A stretch of 64,000 nucleotides of DNA, taken from positions 1,920,001 to 1,984,000 of the forward strand of contig OZ219790.1 of assembly GCA_964291215.2 (NCBI GenBank). The letters are read 5' to 3'. This DNA comes from Alphaproteobacteria bacterium (GTDB taxonomy: Bacteria; Pseudomonadota; Alphaproteobacteria; MPNO01; UBA830). This document shows, piece after piece, positions 1 to 12,376 of this stretch. The position numbers and the translations under genes were made by a program. Every line of letters starts with the position of its first letter. The first letter of the stretch is position 1. The notes beneath the pieces were generated by a model. That model was not told where the DNA came from. It made no database searches and saw nothing but the letters and a program-made list of their open reading frames with translations.

Positions 1-610
1 CGACATCGGCGCCCAGCTCCCACAGCATGGCAGGCGCCACCTTGTAGGCGGCACCGTGGGCGCAGTCGAGCGCGATCTTCACCCCGTCGAGCCTGAACTC
101 CCGCGGGAATATGGCCTTGACGAACTCGATGTAGCGCCCCTCGGCATCGCTAAGCCGCCGGGCCCGCCCGAGCCCGGACGGCGCCGCGAGGCCGTCCCTG
201 ACGGCGGCGGCGACCAGATCCTCGATCTGCCCCTCGACCGCATCGGAAAGCTTGTGACCGTCGGGGCCGAAGAGCTTGATCCCGTTGTCCTGATAGGGAT
301 TGTGCGAAGCCGAGATCATGACGCCGAGGTCGGCCCGCAGGCTGCGCGTCAGCATCGCCACGCCCGGCGTCGGCATCGGGCCGAGCAGGATGACATCCAT
401 GCCGACCGCGGTAAAACCCGACATCAAGGCGGCCTCGAACATGTACCCGGAAAGGCGCGTGTCCTTGCCGATCACCACCGAATGGCGATGGTCACCGCGG
501 GTCAGGAGGCTGCCGGCGGCCATGCCGAGCCGCAGCACCGTTTCCGCGGTCATCGGCTCGCGATTAACCCATCCGCGAAGGCCGTCGGTGCCGAACAGTC
601 TAGCGGTCAT
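1..610 (-). CDS. glmM: phosphoglucosamine mutase (5' part; runs off left edge)
   Basis: Reverse strand from 610 reads [10 protein letters not shown]..., later GKDTRLSG and MISASHNP catalytic Ser motif; follows folP. Confidence 0.95.
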   Translation of the reverse strand, partial: MTARLFGTDGLRGWVNREPMTAETVLRLGMAAGSLLTRGDHRHSVVIGKDTRLSGYMFEAALMSGFTAVGMDVILLGPMPTPGVAMLTRSLRADLGVMISASHNPYQDNGIKLFGPDGHKLSDAVEGQIEDLVAAAVRDGLAAPSGLGRARRLSDAEGRYIEFVKAIFPREFRLDGVKIALDCAHGAAYKVAPAMLWELGADV

Positions 611-1683
611 CCATCCCGATCCTTCCCCACCGGCTTCGCACCGGACCCGCTCCAGTCTAGCATCAGCCGCTCACCCGCCACCGCCTGCCATACGGCGATT
701 GCCTGGCGAATGTCCGCAACATCGTGCACGCGATGAAGCTGGACGCCCCGCGAAAGCGCGATTGCGGTCGCCATGACGGTCCCTGCAAGGCGGTCCGCGG
801 GCCCGGCGACCTGCGCAAGCCGTCCAATGAAGCTCTTGCGCGAAACGCCGATCATCACCGCGCATCCCAGGCCATGGAACAAGGCGCCACGCTCCAGTAT
901 CTCGACATTGTGTGCGTCCGTCTTGCCGAACCCGATCCCGGGGTCGACGGCGATGCGGTCGCGCCCGATGCCCGCGCTGACGCAGGCTTCGACCCTGCTC
1001 TCGAGCCAACCGATGACTTCAGCAGAAGCAAGCCTGTAGCGGGGCCTGTCCTGCATCGTCGCCGGCGTCCCCTGCATGTGCATCAGGACAACCGATGCCG
1101 ACGACCCGGCGACGGTTTCGAGCGCGGCCGCGTCGCCCGAGAGCGCCGTCACGTCATTGACGACGGAAACGCCGGCGGCGATGGCCTCGCGCATGACTTC
1201 GGCGCGCCACGTGTCGACGGATACCGGCAGCCCCGACCCAACGGCCGCCTCGACCACCGGCATTACGCGCCGGAGCTCCTCGCCGACGGAGATTTCCGCG
1301 GCGCCGGGGCGGGTCGATTGGCCGCCGATATCGACGATATCCGCACCGGCTTCCACCAACTCGGCCACCCGATCGATCGCCGACGCGGGATCGCTGAACC
1401 GCCCGCCGTCCGAGAAACTGTCCGGTGTGACGTTCACGACTGCGACGATGCGCGGCCGCTCAAGGCTGACGCCGGCAAATGGCGGGCGGGCGCTGGTCAG
1501 CGCCGCCACCCGCTCCGGAAACCGCCTGTCCGCCTCGGCCGCACCGAGGATCCCGAACGACGGCTCTCCCCCACCCGCGAGGCTGATCTCCTGATACTCG
1601 GCAAAGGACACCCAGCCGCCGGCCAGCGCCTGCTTGCCGCCATCCGCGAGGAGGCCAACCGGGTGCAGGACGGAATTCCTCAT
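607..1683 (-). CDS. folP: dihydropteroate synthase
   Basis: [45 protein letters not shown] motifs; start taken at ATG 1683. Confidence 0.95.
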   Translation of the reverse strand: MRNSVLHPVGLLADGGKQALAGGWVSFAEYQEISLAGGGEPSFGILGAAEADRRFPERVAALTSARPPFAGVSLERPRIVAVVNVTPDSFSDGGRFSDPASAIDRVAELVEAGADIVDIGGQSTRPGAAEISVGEELRRVMPVVEAAVGSGLPVSVDTWRAEVMREAIAAGVSVVNDVTALSGDAAALETVAGSSASVVLMHMQGTPATMQDRPRYRLASAEVIGWLESRVEACVSAGIGRDRIAVDPGIGFGKTDAHNVEILERGALFHGLGCAVMIGVSRKSFIGRLAQVAGPADRLAGTVMATAIALSRGVQLHRVHDVADIRQAIAVWQAVAGERLMLDWSGSGAKPVGKDRDG

Positions 1684-1756
1684 CAGCCGTTTCCCGGGAA
1701 AGCCGCCGTGCCCGCAGGCGCTGCGAACCACCCGGCCGGCAGCGGGCCGGCGCGGA

Positions 1757-3697
1757 TCAGCTCCCGGGCTGCGGTTCGGGCTCAAGCCCGCCCGTTGCGG
1801 GGCCGGCGCTCGACGACCGCCGGCCTCCGGAGGTCGGCACCGACGATTTCCGCCCGGGCGCCGGCGCAGCGCTGTCGTCGGACGGACGGACGATTTCCTC
1901 GCCGCGGAGCACCGCATCGACCTCTTCGCCGGACAGGCTCTCGAACTCGAGCAATGACCGGGCCAGAGTCTCAAGATCGTCACGGCGTTCGGTCAGCACC
2001 TTGCGAGCCGTCCCTTCGGCCTCGTCGATCAACTGCCGGATCTCGATATCGATCTTTTCCGCCGTCTTGTCCGACACGTTCTTGCGCTGCGTCACCGAGT
2101 GGCCGAGAAAGACCTCCTCCTCGTTGTCGGTGTAGCGCAGCGGCCCGAGATCGTCCGAGAACCCGAACTCCGTCACCATCCGGCGCGCAAGGTCGGTTGC
2201 CTGGCGGATATCGTCGCCTGCGCCCGTGGTCACGTTCTCGATGCCGAAAACCAGCTCCTCGGCAACGCGCCCGCCGAACATCATCGCCAGCCTCGACGTG
2301 AGCTCTACCTTGGAGAATCCGTAGCGGTCGCGTTCGGGCAGCGACATGGTGACGCCAAGCGCTCGTCCCCGCGGAATTATCGTGACCTTGTGAAGCGGGT
2401 CATGCTTGGGCACCGCAAGCGCAACGAGCGCGTGTCCGGCCTCGTGATAGGCGGTCAGGGCCTTCTCTTCCTCGGTCATGACCATCGAACGCCGCTCGGC
2501 GCCCATCAGCACCTTGTCCTTGGCGTCCTCGAAATCCGCCATCGTCACCAGCCGCTTGTTGCGCCGCGCCGCGAGCAGTGCCGCCTCGTTCACCAGGTTG
2601 GCGAGGTCGGCTCCCGAGAAACCCGGCGTTCCGCGCGCAATCACCTTGGCGTCGACATCCGGGCCCAGCGGCACCTTTGTCATGTGCACGCCAAGAATCT
2701 TCTCGCGCCCGAGAACATCCGGATTGGGCACGGTCACCTGGCGGTCGAAACGCCCCGGGCGCAGCAATGCCGGATCGAGCACATCGGGCCGGTTGGTTGC
2801 GGCGATCAGGATCACGCCCTCATTGGCCTCGAACCCGTCCATTTCCACCAGCAGCTGATTGAGGGTCTGCTCGCGCTCGTCGTTGCCCCCGCCGAGTCCG
2901 GCGCCGCGGTGGCGCCCGACCGCGTCTATTTCGTCGATGAAAATGATGCAGGGCGCATTTTTCTTGCCCTGTTCGAACATGTCGCGCACGCGGCTGGCGC
3001 CGACGCCGACAAACATCTCGACAAAGTCAGAACCCGATATCGTGAAGAACGGAACATTGGCCTCGCCGGCGATCGCCCGGGCGAGAAGCGTCTTGCCCGT
3101 CCCCGGGGGGCCAACCAGCAGCACGCCTTTCGGAATCTCTCCGCCGAGGCGCTGGAACTTCCGCGGATCGCGCAGGAATTCGACGACCTCCTCAAGTTCC
3201 TGCTTCGCTTCCTCGATGCCGGCGACATCCTCGAAGGTGACACGGCCGCTGCGCTCGGTCAGCAGCCGCGCGCGCGACTTGCCGAACCCCATCGCCTTGC
3301 CGCCACCGGACTGCATCTGGCGCATGAAGAAAATCCACACACCGATGAGAAGCAGCATCGGGAACCAGGATATCAGGATGTTGAGCAGCGACGGGGACCC
3401 GTCGTCGGCCGGCACCGCCCGGATCATGACGCCATTGCTGTGAAGCTTTTCGACGAGGCCCGGATCCTGCGGCGCGTAGGTCGAGAACGGCCGGCCGTCC
3501 TTGCGCACACCGACGATCTCGTTGCCCTTGATCGTGACTTCCCGAACCTGCCCAGCCTCGACATCGGCAAGGAATTCGGAGAAAGCGGTCGCCGTTTCGC
3601 CCGAACGCCCCGAGGGTTGCTGAAACAGGTTGAACAGGGCCACGAGGAGGAGCCCGATTATGACCCATAATGCGAGGTTCTTGCCAAAGTTGCCCAC
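1757..3697 (-). CDS. ftsH: ATP-dependent zinc metalloprotease FtsH
   Basis: Two TM segments, GPPGTGKT Walker [21 protein letters not shown] zinc motif; GTG start inferred. Confidence 0.98.
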   Translation of the reverse strand: MGNFGKNLALWVIIGLLLVALFNLFQQPSGRSGETATAFSEFLADVEAGQVREVTIKGNEIVGVRKDGRPFSTYAPQDPGLVEKLHSNGVMIRAVPADDGSPSLLNILISWFPMLLLIGVWIFFMRQMQSGGGKAMGFGKSRARLLTERSGRVTFEDVAGIEEAKQELEEVVEFLRDPRKFQRLGGEIPKGVLLVGPPGTGKTLLARAIAGEANVPFFTISGSDFVEMFVGVGASRVRDMFEQGKKNAPCIIFIDEIDAVGRHRGAGLGGGNDEREQTLNQLLVEMDGFEANEGVILIAATNRPDVLDPALLRPGRFDRQVTVPNPDVLGREKILGVHMTKVPLGPDVDAKVIARGTPGFSGADLANLVNEAALLAARRNKRLVTMADFEDAKDKVLMGAERRSMVMTEEEKALTAYHEAGHALVALAVPKHDPLHKVTIIPRGRALGVTMSLPERDRYGFSKVELTSRLAMMFGGRVAEELVFGIENVTTGAGDDIRQATDLARRMVTEFGFSDDLGPLRYTDNEEEVFLGHSVTQRKNVSDKTAEKIDIEIRQLIDEAEGTARKVLTERRDDLETLARSLLEFESLSGEEVDAVLRGEEIVRPSDDSAAPAPGRKSSVPTSGGRRSSSAGPATGGLEPEPQPGS

Positions 3698-3784
3698 AGA
3701 CGAGCGCTCCAACTGCAGAGTGGCAGGCGGCCTCCGGCCGCCCTTGCGCCGGTTCCGCACCGCGTCCTGTCCCTTACAGCAGCA

Positions 3785-5137
3785 TTAGATAATACACGGC
3801 TCCGATAATGCAAGTCTGAAGGCGGGGCCGCAAAGCGGCACCGACGGCCGGAACCGCACCGAAATCTGCGCTGCTGGCCCGTCCCCGCGCCGGTAGCCGA
3901 TCGAGGGGACCTCGGCAACTTGTCCGTCCGCCCACAGCGCAGGCAGGCCAAACAGCGCCGAGGCCGGAGGCAGGCGACGCAACGGCGCACCGGCGGTCTC
4001 CGCGATCGCCTGCCAGCCCGCCTCGCCGAGCGCGCTGATTCGCGCGTCCCGATGCGCCGCCGCACCGGCCGCCGAAACGGCGACCTCGAAACGACGGTCC
4101 CAGCGGAAGGCAGCGCAGCTGCCGAGTTCCCGCACCGCACCGATCGCCCGCGGTTCGCGGCAGACGCGAAATCCATTCCCCGCAGGCTCGACCAGGCAGC
4201 CTCCAAGCGTGTGCCGGCGCACCGGCCGGCCGATCTCGAGCGCCGCCGCCAGCCGCTCGAGCCGGCGGCTGCGCGGCTCGTAGCGCCATCCGCCCACCGT
4301 CCGCAGCACCGTCGACAGCAGGCGGCGCGCGAGCACCGGCGCAGCCTGGCGGAACGCCTCGCCGTCCACTTCCGCATATCCTTCCGGGAAAATCGCCACC
4401 GCGTGCCCGGCGAGATCGGCAAGCTCGCGTTCCCGCGCCGCCCGCACCCTGCCGAGCGCTGCCGCCACCCGGCCGATATCGTCTGCCCCGACACCGCGTT
4501 CGGCAAGCCGCATGGCGGTGTGGCGAATCCGGACGCGGGCAAATCTCCGGTCATCGTTGCTGGGATCGTCGAGCCAGTCCTGACCGGCAGCCTCGAGCGT
4601 CACCACCAGCCTGTCGCGCGGAATCGCAAGCAGCGGGCGGACGACACGCACCCCGTCGCGCAGCGCGACCGCAGACATCCCGGCAAGGCCGGCAACGCCG
4701 CTGCCGCGCTGCAGGCGCATGAGCAGGGTCTCGGCCTGATCGCCGAGATGATGAGCCAGCAACAGGTGTGCGAACCCGTGGTCGCGGCACCAGCGGACCA
4801 TCAATTCGTAACGGGCTGCACGCGCCGCCTGCTGGATGGCGGCGGACGGCTTGTCACCGCGCCATTCCAGAATCCGGTGCTCGATGCGCCGCGCCGCGCA
4901 CCATTCCGCGACCCTCGACGCCTCGTCGGCGGACTCCGCGCGGAGGCCGTGATCGACGGTCAGCGCGACAAGCCGAATGCCGGCGCCAGCGGCCCACCGC
5001 CCCGCCAGCACCAGAAGCGCCATGCTGTCGGGGCCGCCCGATACCGCAGCCGCCACCCTCGACCAGCCGCCGAACGGTCCCAGCGGAGCGACAAGAGCGC
5101 TGAACTCGGAAGCCTCGATTGGCCCGGTTACGCTCAC
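3785..5137 (-). CDS. tilS: tRNA(Ile)-lysidine synthetase
   Basis: AVSGGPDSMAL PP-loop, VDHGLR, AHHLGDQAET, DPSN; between ybgF and ftsH. Confidence 0.95.
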   Translation of the reverse strand: MSVTGPIEASEFSALVAPLGPFGGWSRVAAAVSGGPDSMALLVLAGRWAAGAGIRLVALTVDHGLRAESADEASRVAEWCAARRIEHRILEWRGDKPSAAIQQAARAARYELMVRWCRDHGFAHLLLAHHLGDQAETLLMRLQRGSGVAGLAGMSAVALRDGVRVVRPLLAIPRDRLVVTLEAAGQDWLDDPSNDDRRFARVRIRHTAMRLAERGVGADDIGRVAAALGRVRAARERELADLAGHAVAIFPEGYAEVDGEAFRQAAPVLARRLLSTVLRTVGGWRYEPRSRRLERLAAALEIGRPVRRHTLGGCLVEPAGNGFRVCREPRAIGAVRELGSCAAFRWDRRFEVAVSAAGAAAHRDARISALGEAGWQAIAETAGAPLRRLPPASALFGLPALWADGQVAEVPSIGYRRGDGPAAQISVRFRPSVPLCGPAFRLALSEPCII

Positions 5138-6105
5138 CGGCACTTGTTGCGGTTCTGCTCGTGCTCGATGCGCCTGCCGAGCCGCGGCGCAGCTCCGGGG
5201 AACCGTTCCGCAAGGGTCTTGAAGGCGGTGCATGCCTCCTTGCGCTTGCCGAGCTCGGCAAGCGCCATCCCGAGCCTGAGCAGCGTATCGGGCGCCTTCG
5301 AGCTTCGCAAGTGCTTGCGGAAGCCCTGGCCATAGGCCAAAGCCGCCTCGCGAAACTCCTTGCGCACGTAATGAGTCTCACCGAGCCAGTAATAGGCGTT
5401 GCCGGCCAGCCTGTGGCCGGCGTGGCGCTGGAGGAACTCCTGAAGCGCCTTCTCGGCCGTCGCATAGTCGTTCTTGTCCAGCATGAGGTCGAGGGCGAAG
5501 TCATACTGGACCTGCGGCGAACCTTCGGGAAGAACGGGTTCCGCCGGCGACGTCAGCGCCCCGGTTCCGGCCACAGCATCGGCGGCGGGGATGGTGCCGA
5601 GCACGCCCTCGGGCTTTCCAAGGACGGGACCGGCGGCCGGCGGAGCAGCAGGCAACTCGGCGGCTTCTGCGCCCTGTTCCGGCTGTGACAGGTCCGCCCC
5701 GCCGGCAACGACGGCCGGCGCCTTCTGCAGATCCGCCGCCAGCGCTTCGAGCCGGCTCAGCCTGTGATCGAGCTCTTCGACAAGACCGGTCAGTTTCCTG
5801 ATCTCGATTTCCAGCTGCGCGAGGCGGATCGAATTCCGGGCGCTGGTCTGCGGCGCATCCGCGGCCGGGCGCGAGGACGCAGCGGGTCGGTTCCCGTAGA
5901 CCTCCCGCTGCAGCGCACCAAGTTCGCGCTGCAATCGGTCAAGGCGGTTGACGAGCTCTCCGGTGTCCGTGGTCTGGGCCGCGGCGGCAACCGGATCCAG
6001 GAGTGCCGCGGTCGCCAGAACGCAGACCACACGGAACAACCGGCGGGGCCCGGCCCGGCGAAGATCCCGGCCATTTGCGATGCGCGCGCTGGAACAGGCC
6101 TTCAT
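5134..6105 (-). CDS. cpoB: tol-pal system protein YbgF/CpoB
   Basis: Signal peptide, coiled coil, C-terminal TPR (NAYYWLGE, KAPDTLLRLG, EAC); after pal; start uncertain. Confidence 0.9.
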   Translation of the reverse strand: MKACSSARIANGRDLRRAGPRRLFRVVCVLATAALLDPVAAAAQTTDTGELVNRLDRLQRELGALQREVYGNRPAASSRPAADAPQTSARNSIRLAQLEIEIRKLTGLVEELDHRLSRLEALAADLQKAPAVVAGGADLSQPEQGAEAAELPAAPPAAGPVLGKPEGVLGTIPAADAVAGTGALTSPAEPVLPEGSPQVQYDFALDLMLDKNDYATAEKALQEFLQRHAGHRLAGNAYYWLGETHYVRKEFREAALAYGQGFRKHLRSSKAPDTLLRLGMALAELGKRKEACTAFKTLAERFPGAAPRLGRRIEHEQNRNKCR

Positions 6106-6171
6106 GTCAACTGTTCCGACGGAGCCGCACGGTCTCTGCGGACACCACCGGCCGTATCCGGCCCCGGCCGC

Positions 6172-6714
6172 TCAGGTGGAGCCGCCTCCGACGACCGTCA
6201 CCGCACGCCGGTTGCGGGCCCAGGCATCCTCTGTCGAGGCGGGATCGACCGGCCGTTCCTTGCCGTAGCTGATGGTCGTGATGCGATCGGCCGCGACGCC
6301 GAGCGCTATCATGTAGTCGCGGACCGAATTCGCGCGCTGTTCGCCCAGCGCCAGGTTGTATTCCCGTGTGCCCCGCTCGTCCGCGTGTCCCTCGAGCATG
6401 ATCCTCACATCCGGATAGTCCCTCAGCCACACGACCTGGTTCTGGATGACGATCCGGGCCTCTTCCGACAGGTCGTGCCGGTTGAATCCGAAGAACACGC
6501 GATCCCCGACATTGGTAACGAAGTCCTCCGAACTGCCGGGGGCGCCGGCGCCGAGACGCTCCACGATCGGGCCGCTGTTGTCGACGACCGGCGCCTGGTC
6601 GACGGCCGGACCCTTCTGGCCATCGGCCACGCTGTCGGCGTCCTCGACCGGCGAAGACTCGCATGCTGCAAGAGCCAGCCCCGCGCACACGCAGGCTAAA
6701 TACACGAGTCGCAT
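6172..6714 (-). CDS. pal: peptidoglycan-associated lipoprotein Pal
   Basis: Lipobox LAAC, EGHADERGTREYNLALG, SYGKERP, NRRAVT. Confidence 0.97.
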   Translation of the reverse strand: MRLVYLACVCAGLALAACESSPVEDADSVADGQKGPAVDQAPVVDNSGPIVERLGAGAPGSSEDFVTNVGDRVFFGFNRHDLSEEARIVIQNQVVWLRDYPDVRIMLEGHADERGTREYNLALGEQRANSVRDYMIALGVAADRITTISYGKERPVDPASTEDAWARNRRAVTVVGGGST

Positions 6715-6892
6715 TGCGTTTGTTCCCTGATCGGTTGATGAAAAAGCGCCGGATCGGCCGACAAAACGTGACCGACCTGACCCCGATATTAGCCGCACCG
6801 GTGCCGCGGCTCAACACCCCGCGCAACGGCGGCGCCGGGCGTGACGCCCCCGCACCGCAGCAGCGGGCGCCCCGGATCCGTTTCTCGGCCGG

Positions 6893-8221
6893 TCACTTCA
6901 CGAGCGGCGACCATGCAGGATCCGAACCGCCCACCGGAGTTACCACCTCGCGTTCGTTATCGCCAGTAAGATCAATGGAATAGAGCTTGGGACCCGCCTG
7001 ATTGGGGGCCTGTCGGAAGAACATCAGCACCCTCCCGTTCGGCGCCCATGTCGGCCCTTCCACGAGAAAATCCTCGACCAGAATGCGCTCGTTCGAGCCG
7101 TCGGGACCGATGACACCGATGGCGAATCGGCCGTTCCTGATTCGGGTGAAGGCGATCTGGTCGCCGCGGGGCGACCAGACCGGCGTCGCGTAGCGGCCTT
7201 TACCGAAAGTGATCCGGCGAACACCACTGCCATCGGAATTCATGACGTAGATCTGCTGCGAGCCGCCACGGTCGGAATTGAACGTTATGCGGCGACCGTC
7301 AGGGGAATAGGAGGCCGACGTGTCGATCGCCGGATTGCGGGTCAACCGCCGGACCTTGCGGGTCCGCAGGTCCATCGCGTAGATCTCGGAATTGCCGTCC
7401 TGCGCCATGCTCATGACGACCTTGTTGCCGTCAGGAGAGAAGCGCGGAGCAAAAGTCATGCCCGGGAAATCCCCGATGACTTCCTGGCGCCGGGTGTCGA
7501 TATCGTAGAGATAGGCCCGCGGCCGGCCGGCCGTGTAGGACAGGTAGGTGATCTCCTGCGCCGTCGGCGAGAAACGCGGCGTCAGCACCAGCGCCCGCCC
7601 GTCGGTCAGGAACCTGTGATTCGCCCCGTCCTGATCCATGATGGCAAGCCTCTTGATCCGCGCCATCGGCGGACCGCTTTCCGAAATGTAGACGACGCGG
7701 GTATCGAAATACCCGTCCTCCCCGGTGATCCGCTTGTAGACCTCGTCGGCGATGATGTGCGCAACCCGCCGCCACTTGTCCGGCGTCGTGGTATAGGCGA
7801 CACCCGTCATCTGTACACCGCGGAAGACATCCCACAGCCGGACCTCGACCCTGAGCTGACCGCCGGGGCGGCGCTTGACGTCGCCCGCGACCAGGGCCTG
7901 AGCGTTGATCTGGCGCCAGTCCCCGAAGCGCGGCTGCACGGCCAGCGAGGCCGCCTCCTGTATGAATGCGCGGCGGTCGATGGGCCTGAAGAGCCCGGAT
8001 CTTGCAAGGTCGGCCGACACGACATCAGCGATCAGGCGGCCATGAGGCAGACCGGCCGGCCGGGGGTCGTGAAACACGGGCACCGCGATCGGGAGCGGCT
8101 CGACGGTGCCGCGCGTCATGTCGACCCGGATCTGGGCGTTGGCCGCGCCGGCGGCGCACAGTATCGCGGCCACGGTGACGAACAGCTGCAGAACTCTCCT
8201 GATTTCCGGCATAGCTTTCAT
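6893..8221 (-). CDS. tolB: Tol-Pal beta-propeller protein TolB
   Basis: IMDQDGAN, repeated PRFSPDG/PxWSP PD40 repeats; operon position. Confidence 0.97.
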   Translation of the reverse strand: MKAMPEIRRVLQLFVTVAAILCAAGAANAQIRVDMTRGTVEPLPIAVPVFHDPRPAGLPHGRLIADVVSADLARSGLFRPIDRRAFIQEAASLAVQPRFGDWRQINAQALVAGDVKRRPGGQLRVEVRLWDVFRGVQMTGVAYTTTPDKWRRVAHIIADEVYKRITGEDGYFDTRVVYISESGPPMARIKRLAIMDQDGANHRFLTDGRALVLTPRFSPTAQEITYLSYTAGRPRAYLYDIDTRRQEVIGDFPGMTFAPRFSPDGNKVVMSMAQDGNSEIYAMDLRTRKVRRLTRNPAIDTSASYSPDGRRITFNSDRGGSQQIYVMNSDGSGVRRITFGKGRYATPVWSPRGDQIAFTRIRNGRFAIGVIGPDGSNERILVEDFLVEGPTWAPNGRVLMFFRQAPNQAGPKLYSIDLTGDNEREVVTPVGGSDPAWSPLVK

Positions 8222-9120
8222 TCCCCAAGCATTTCCTTTGGATCGAAACTGAACACGACATCCTTCCAGATGTTGTACTGCCCGTAAGGCAGGTTGAAGG
8301 GCACGCAACGCGGGTCCCGCAGGGCCCGGAGCGCGCTTTCGGCCACGGCACGGTACACCTGATCGCTTGCGAGCCGGGCTGCATTCTCGACCACCGGACG
8401 GCCGGCGAGCGAGCCGTCAGGCTGCAGGCGTATGCGAATCGGAACCGTGATGCCGGCGACATCCTTGCCGCCGGCCGGAACGCTCCAGCATGGCTCGAGC
8501 TGGTGCCTGAGCTCGGCGATGATCACGGTTTCGTCGCCGCGACGCCGCTGCTGAAACCGCTCCTGGAGTGACGGCGTCGCCGCCGCGACTGCCTTCTCCT
8601 CGTCGGGCGCCGGTTTCGGTACCGGCGCGGCGATACGGTCCAGGTTCTTGAGGATCGTCCCCATCCGGTCTGGAGGCCTGGCGCGTGGCCTGGGCGGCTT
8701 CTTCGCCGCAACCTTCTTCACGGCCTTCGGCGACGGTTTCGTCTGGGGCTTGGGAGGCGGCGCCGGATCGGGCTCCGGCGGCGCCGGCTTGGCCCGGGGC
8801 TTCGGAACCGCGGCTGGTGCAGGAGCGGCTTCCGGGGGCACCGGCCGCGGTTCCGGGATCGTCAGCGCCGGCGACGGCGGCAGGGACGGCGCCTGCGGCG
8901 GTGCGGCCTTGGCCGCGGGCGGCGGCTTCGCGACCGGTGCGACAGGCTCAGGCCTGGCCGGCGGCCCTGTCGCTTCTAGTTCGGAAAGCGAGGCGATCTC
9001 GATGGCGACGGCGCCCATCTCGACGGGTTCGGGATCGAAGAGCCTGGGCAGGCCGAGCACCGCGAGCGCAAAGATGCAGACATGGAGCAGCACGGAAAGG
9101 AAGCTCCCGTATCCCATCAC
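8218..9120 (-). CDS. tolA: TolA-like cell envelope protein
   Basis: N-terminal TM with SxxLH, Pro/Ala/Lys-rich linker, C-terminal domain ending FDPKEM; between tolR and tolB. Confidence 0.88.
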   Translation of the reverse strand: MMGYGSFLSVLLHVCIFALAVLGLPRLFDPEPVEMGAVAIEIASLSELEATGPPARPEPVAPVAKPPPAAKAAPPQAPSLPPSPALTIPEPRPVPPEAAPAPAAVPKPRAKPAPPEPDPAPPPKPQTKPSPKAVKKVAAKKPPRPRARPPDRMGTILKNLDRIAAPVPKPAPDEEKAVAAATPSLQERFQQRRRGDETVIIAELRHQLEPCWSVPAGGKDVAGITVPIRIRLQPDGSLAGRPVVENAARLASDQVYRAVAESALRALRDPRCVPFNLPYGQYNIWKDVVFSFDPKEMLGE

Positions 9121-9581
9121 CTGCGCTCCCCGTCCTCTGCACCGCCAGCCGTCGCGCCGAAATCCGTGACCAGCGCGACGCGGCTGAAGCCGGCAAGGTT
9201 GAGCGTGCCCATCACCTCCATGACCTTGCCGTAGGCAAGCGCCTGATCGGCGCGAATGAAGATCCGCGTATCGCGGCGGATCTCGGTGATCGCCCGCAGC
9301 CGCGCGGCCAGCGAATCCAGCGCGACCCTGGTCTCCTGCAGGAATACCTCATTGTCGCGGTTGACCGTTATGACGAGCGGCTCGTCCTGCCCCACCATCT
9401 TCGACGCCTCGGTCTTCGGCAGGTCGACCGGCACCCCGGCAGTCAGGAGCGGCGCGGTGATCATGAATACCACGAGAAGCACCAGCATGACGTCGACCAG
9501 CGGAGTAACGTTGATCTCGCTCATGGGGACATATCCCTTGGCGCGGCCGTGACCGTTCCTGCCCGACGGAGCCATCGCCAT
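9117..9581 (-). CDS. tolR: TolR
   Basis: SEINVTPLVDVMLVLL motif. Confidence 0.96.
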   Translation of the reverse strand: MAMAPSGRNGHGRAKGYVPMSEINVTPLVDVMLVLLVVFMITAPLLTAGVPVDLPKTEASKMVGQDEPLVITVNRDNEVFLQETRVALDSLAARLRAITEIRRDTRIFIRADQALAYGKVMEVMGTLNLAGFSRVALVTDFGATAGGAEDGERR

Positions 9582-9584
9582 CGC

Positions 9585-10310
9585 TCAGTACCCCTCGTCG
9601 GAGCGGCGCGAGAGAATCGCGCCGAACTCGCCGGCGAACGATTCGAGCCGTGCCGCATAGCGGTTGATATCGTTCGACAGCTTGTTGTAGGCAATCACTG
9701 CGGGGATCGCGGCAACGAGGCCGAGCGCCGTTGCGAACAGCGCCTCCGCGATGCCGGGCGCAACGACGGCGAGCGACGTGTTCTTGGTCACCGCAATCGC
9801 GGTGAAGCTGTTCATGATCCCCCAGACGGTGCCGAACAGGCCGATGAACGGCGCCGTCGAGCCCACCGAGGCAAGAAAGGTCATGTAGCGCTCGACATGC
9901 TCGAGTTCGCGTGTGAGCGTCACCTGCATGACGCGATCGATGCGCTCCGAAAGGCTGCGCAGCGACTCCGTGCCGCGCAGCGCGCCATCGGTCGCCCGCC
10001 GCCATTCCCGCATCGCGGACACGAATATGGCCGACATCGGATCGTCGGGATGATCGCCGATCTTCTCGAACAGGTCGTCGAGCGATCCGCCTGACCAGAA
10101 CGTCCTCTCGAACTCGTTCGCGCGACGCCCCAGACGACGCATGCGGCCGAGCTTTTCGAAGATTATCGCCCAGCACCAGAATGAGGCCAGCAGAAGCGCG
10201 ATCATCACCGCCTTGACGACAATGTCGGCCTGCGCGAACAGGCCCACGAGCGACAGGTCCGCAGCGACCGAGCCGGCAAGCGGGACGGACTGTATGGCTG
10301 ATTGTTCCAT
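9585..10310 (-). CDS. tolQ: TolQ
   Basis: APFIGLFGTVWGIM and VAPGIAEAL motifs. Confidence 0.97.
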   Translation of the reverse strand: MEQSAIQSVPLAGSVAADLSLVGLFAQADIVVKAVMIALLLASFWCWAIIFEKLGRMRRLGRRANEFERTFWSGGSLDDLFEKIGDHPDDPMSAIFVSAMREWRRATDGALRGTESLRSLSERIDRVMQVTLTRELEHVERYMTFLASVGSTAPFIGLFGTVWGIMNSFTAIAVTKNTSLAVVAPGIAEALFATALGLVAAIPAVIAYNKLSNDINRYAARLESFAGEFGAILSRRSDEGY

Positions 10311-10324
10311 GAGTTTCCTGTTCT

Positions 10325-10750
10325 TCAGCGCGACGACGGCGCGCGCGGCGCCATCCGGCGCAACTGGTCGGGAATGCGGGCCGGCCGGCCGTCGGAGCGG
10401 AGGCAGACTATCTGCAGAGTCATTTCGACGAGAACTTCGCTGCCCCGGCGTACGGTCTGTCTGAACCGCAGCCGGGCGGCTGACGCGCCGGCAAGCAGTG
10501 TATGCACCTCCACAAGATCATCAAGGCGGGCCGGCCTGAGGAACTCGGCCTCGCACCGGCGCACGGCAAAGGCGAGGCCGTCCCGCTCGAGAAGCCCGGC
10601 GTGATCGAAGCCGAGCGCGCGCATCAACTCGGTGCGCGCGCGCTCGGCGAAGCGGAGATAGGCGGTGTGGTAGACCACACCGTCGGCGTCGGTGTCCTCG
10701 TAATAGACCCGCGTCTCCGGCACATGCGCGTCGTGTTGCTCAGACATCAT
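10325..10750 (-). CDS. ybgC: tol-pal-associated acyl-CoA thioesterase YbgC
   Basis: [21 protein letters not shown] hotdog motif. Confidence 0.93.
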   Translation of the reverse strand: MMSEQHDAHVPETRVYYEDTDADGVVYHTAYLRFAERARTELMRALGFDHAGLLERDGLAFAVRRCEAEFLRPARLDDLVEVHTLLAGASAARLRFRQTVRRGSEVLVEMTLQIVCLRSDGRPARIPDQLRRMAPRAPSSR

Positions 10751-11786
10751 CACCACCGTCGCCGTCGACCGCCGGCAGATCGAGCTGGCCCTCGTGCTCT
10801 GCCGGCGCCGTGCGGCCGATATGCCTGAAGGCATGCACGGTCAGCACCCGGCCGCGCGGTGTGCGCTGGAGGAGCCCGCTCTGCAGCAGATAGGGTTCGA
10901 TGATCTCCTCGATCGCATCGCGCGGCTCCGACAGGGCGGCGGCCAGCGTCTCGATGCCGACCGGTCCGCCCCCGTAGTTGTCGGCGACGCAGGTCAGGTA
11001 GCGCCGGTCCATGGCGTCAAGCCCGAACCCGTCGACATCGAGCCTCCGCAGCGCCCGGTCGGCAACCGCGGCGGTTATCGTGTCTCCACCGGCGAAATCG
11101 CGTACGCGGCGCAGCAGGCGCAGGGCGATGCGCGGCGTGCCGCGCGAGCGTCCCGCAATCTCGGACGCACCGTCATCAGACACCGCGACCTTGAGGACCT
11201 GGCTGTTGCGCAGCACGATCGCGGACAGCGCCTCGACCGTGTAGAACTCGAGGCGCAGCGGAATGCCAAAGCGCTCGCGCAGCGGCGTCGTGAGAAGCCC
11301 GGACCGCGTGGTCGCGCCGATCAGCGTGAACTCGGCCAGTTCGATCTGCACCGACCGCGCCGCAGGTCCCTCGCCGATGATGAGGTCCAGCCTGAGATCT
11401 TCCATGGCCGGATAGAGGATCTCTTCCACCGCGGGGTTGAGCCGGTGTATCTCGTCGATGAAGAGCACCTCGCGCGGTTCCAGATTGGTCAGGATGGCCG
11501 CGAGGTCTCCGGCCTTCGCGATCACCGGCCCTGACGTCGCCCGGAACCCGGTCCCGAGCTCGTGCGCAACGATCTGCGCGAGCGTGGTCTTGCCGAGTCC
11601 CGGCGGCCCGTGGAACAGGACATGGTCAAGCGCCTCACCACGGTTGCGGGCGGCATCGACGAACACACGCAGGTTTTCCCGCAGCGCCTGCTGGCCGACG
11701 AATTGGCCAAGGCGCTGCGGCCGCAGCGAAACCTCCGCCACGTCCTCTTCGGCGAACGACGCGGCTATCTCGCGGCTGTCGCTCAT
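10740..11786 (-). CDS. ruvB: Holliday junction branch migration ATPase RuvB
   Basis: [29 protein letters not shown]. Confidence 0.98.
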   Translation of the reverse strand: MSDSREIAASFAEEDVAEVSLRPQRLGQFVGQQALRENLRVFVDAARNRGEALDHVLFHGPPGLGKTTLAQIVAHELGTGFRATSGPVIAKAGDLAAILTNLEPREVLFIDEIHRLNPAVEEILYPAMEDLRLDLIIGEGPAARSVQIELAEFTLIGATTRSGLLTTPLRERFGIPLRLEFYTVEALSAIVLRNSQVLKVAVSDDGASEIAGRSRGTPRIALRLLRRVRDFAGGDTITAAVADRALRRLDVDGFGLDAMDRRYLTCVADNYGGGPVGIETLAAALSEPRDAIEEIIEPYLLQSGLLQRTPRGRVLTVHAFRHIGRTAPAEHEGQLDLPAVDGDGGDDV

Positions 11787-12376
11787 GACGCGAGTTCCCG
11801 CAGCGCGTGGCGGACCAGGCCCTCGACGCTGGCGTCCGCGCCAAGAGTGCGCGCCGCAGCGGCCACCGCACCGTGGGCGTCGGCGCGGCTGTAGCCGAGA
11901 TTGACCAGCGCCGCGACGGCATCGCCGGCAGCCTCGCGCCCTCCGGTGTCGGCCGCCGGCGTGGACACGCCCATGTCGTCCACCTTGTCGCGCAGTTCAC
12001 CTGCGATGCGCCCGGCCAGCCGCGGGCCGACGCCGGGTGCTCTGGCGATTGTCCTTGTGTCGCCGGCGACGATGGCGTTCAACAGGTCGGACGGGCCCAG
12101 CACCGACAGGATGGCGAGTGCCGCCCGGACGCCGACCCCCTGTACCGTGGTCAACCTGCGAAACCAGTTGCGCTCGGTCGCGTCGGGAAAACCGTAGAGA
12201 TGGATGTGCTGTTCGCGGACATGGGTCTCGATGACCAGCGAGACAGGCTCTCCGGGCGCCTGAAACCGCGACAGCGTCCGCGTCGAACAGTAGACGAGAT
12301 AGCCTACCCCGCCGACATCCACGACGATGCTGTCATCATCGATTCCGTCCAGGAGGCCGGTGAGCTTGGCAATCAT
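11783..12376 (-). CDS. ruvA: Holliday junction DNA-binding protein RuvA
   Basis: [18 protein letters not shown], HhH motifs, ALVNLGY. Confidence 0.97.
   Translation of the reverse strand: MIAKLTGLLDGIDDDSIVVDVGGVGYLVYCSTRTLSRFQAPGEPVSLVIETHVREQHIHLYGFPDATERNWFRRLTTVQGVGVRAALAILSVLGPSDLLNAIVAGDTRTIARAPGVGPRLAGRIAGELRDKVDDMGVSTPAADTGGREAAGDAVAALVNLGYSRADAHGAVAAAARTLGADASVEGLVRHALRELAS

Noticed and set aside
8680-8960. Pro/Ala/Lys low-complexity repeats
   Set aside because: Normal TolA linker composition
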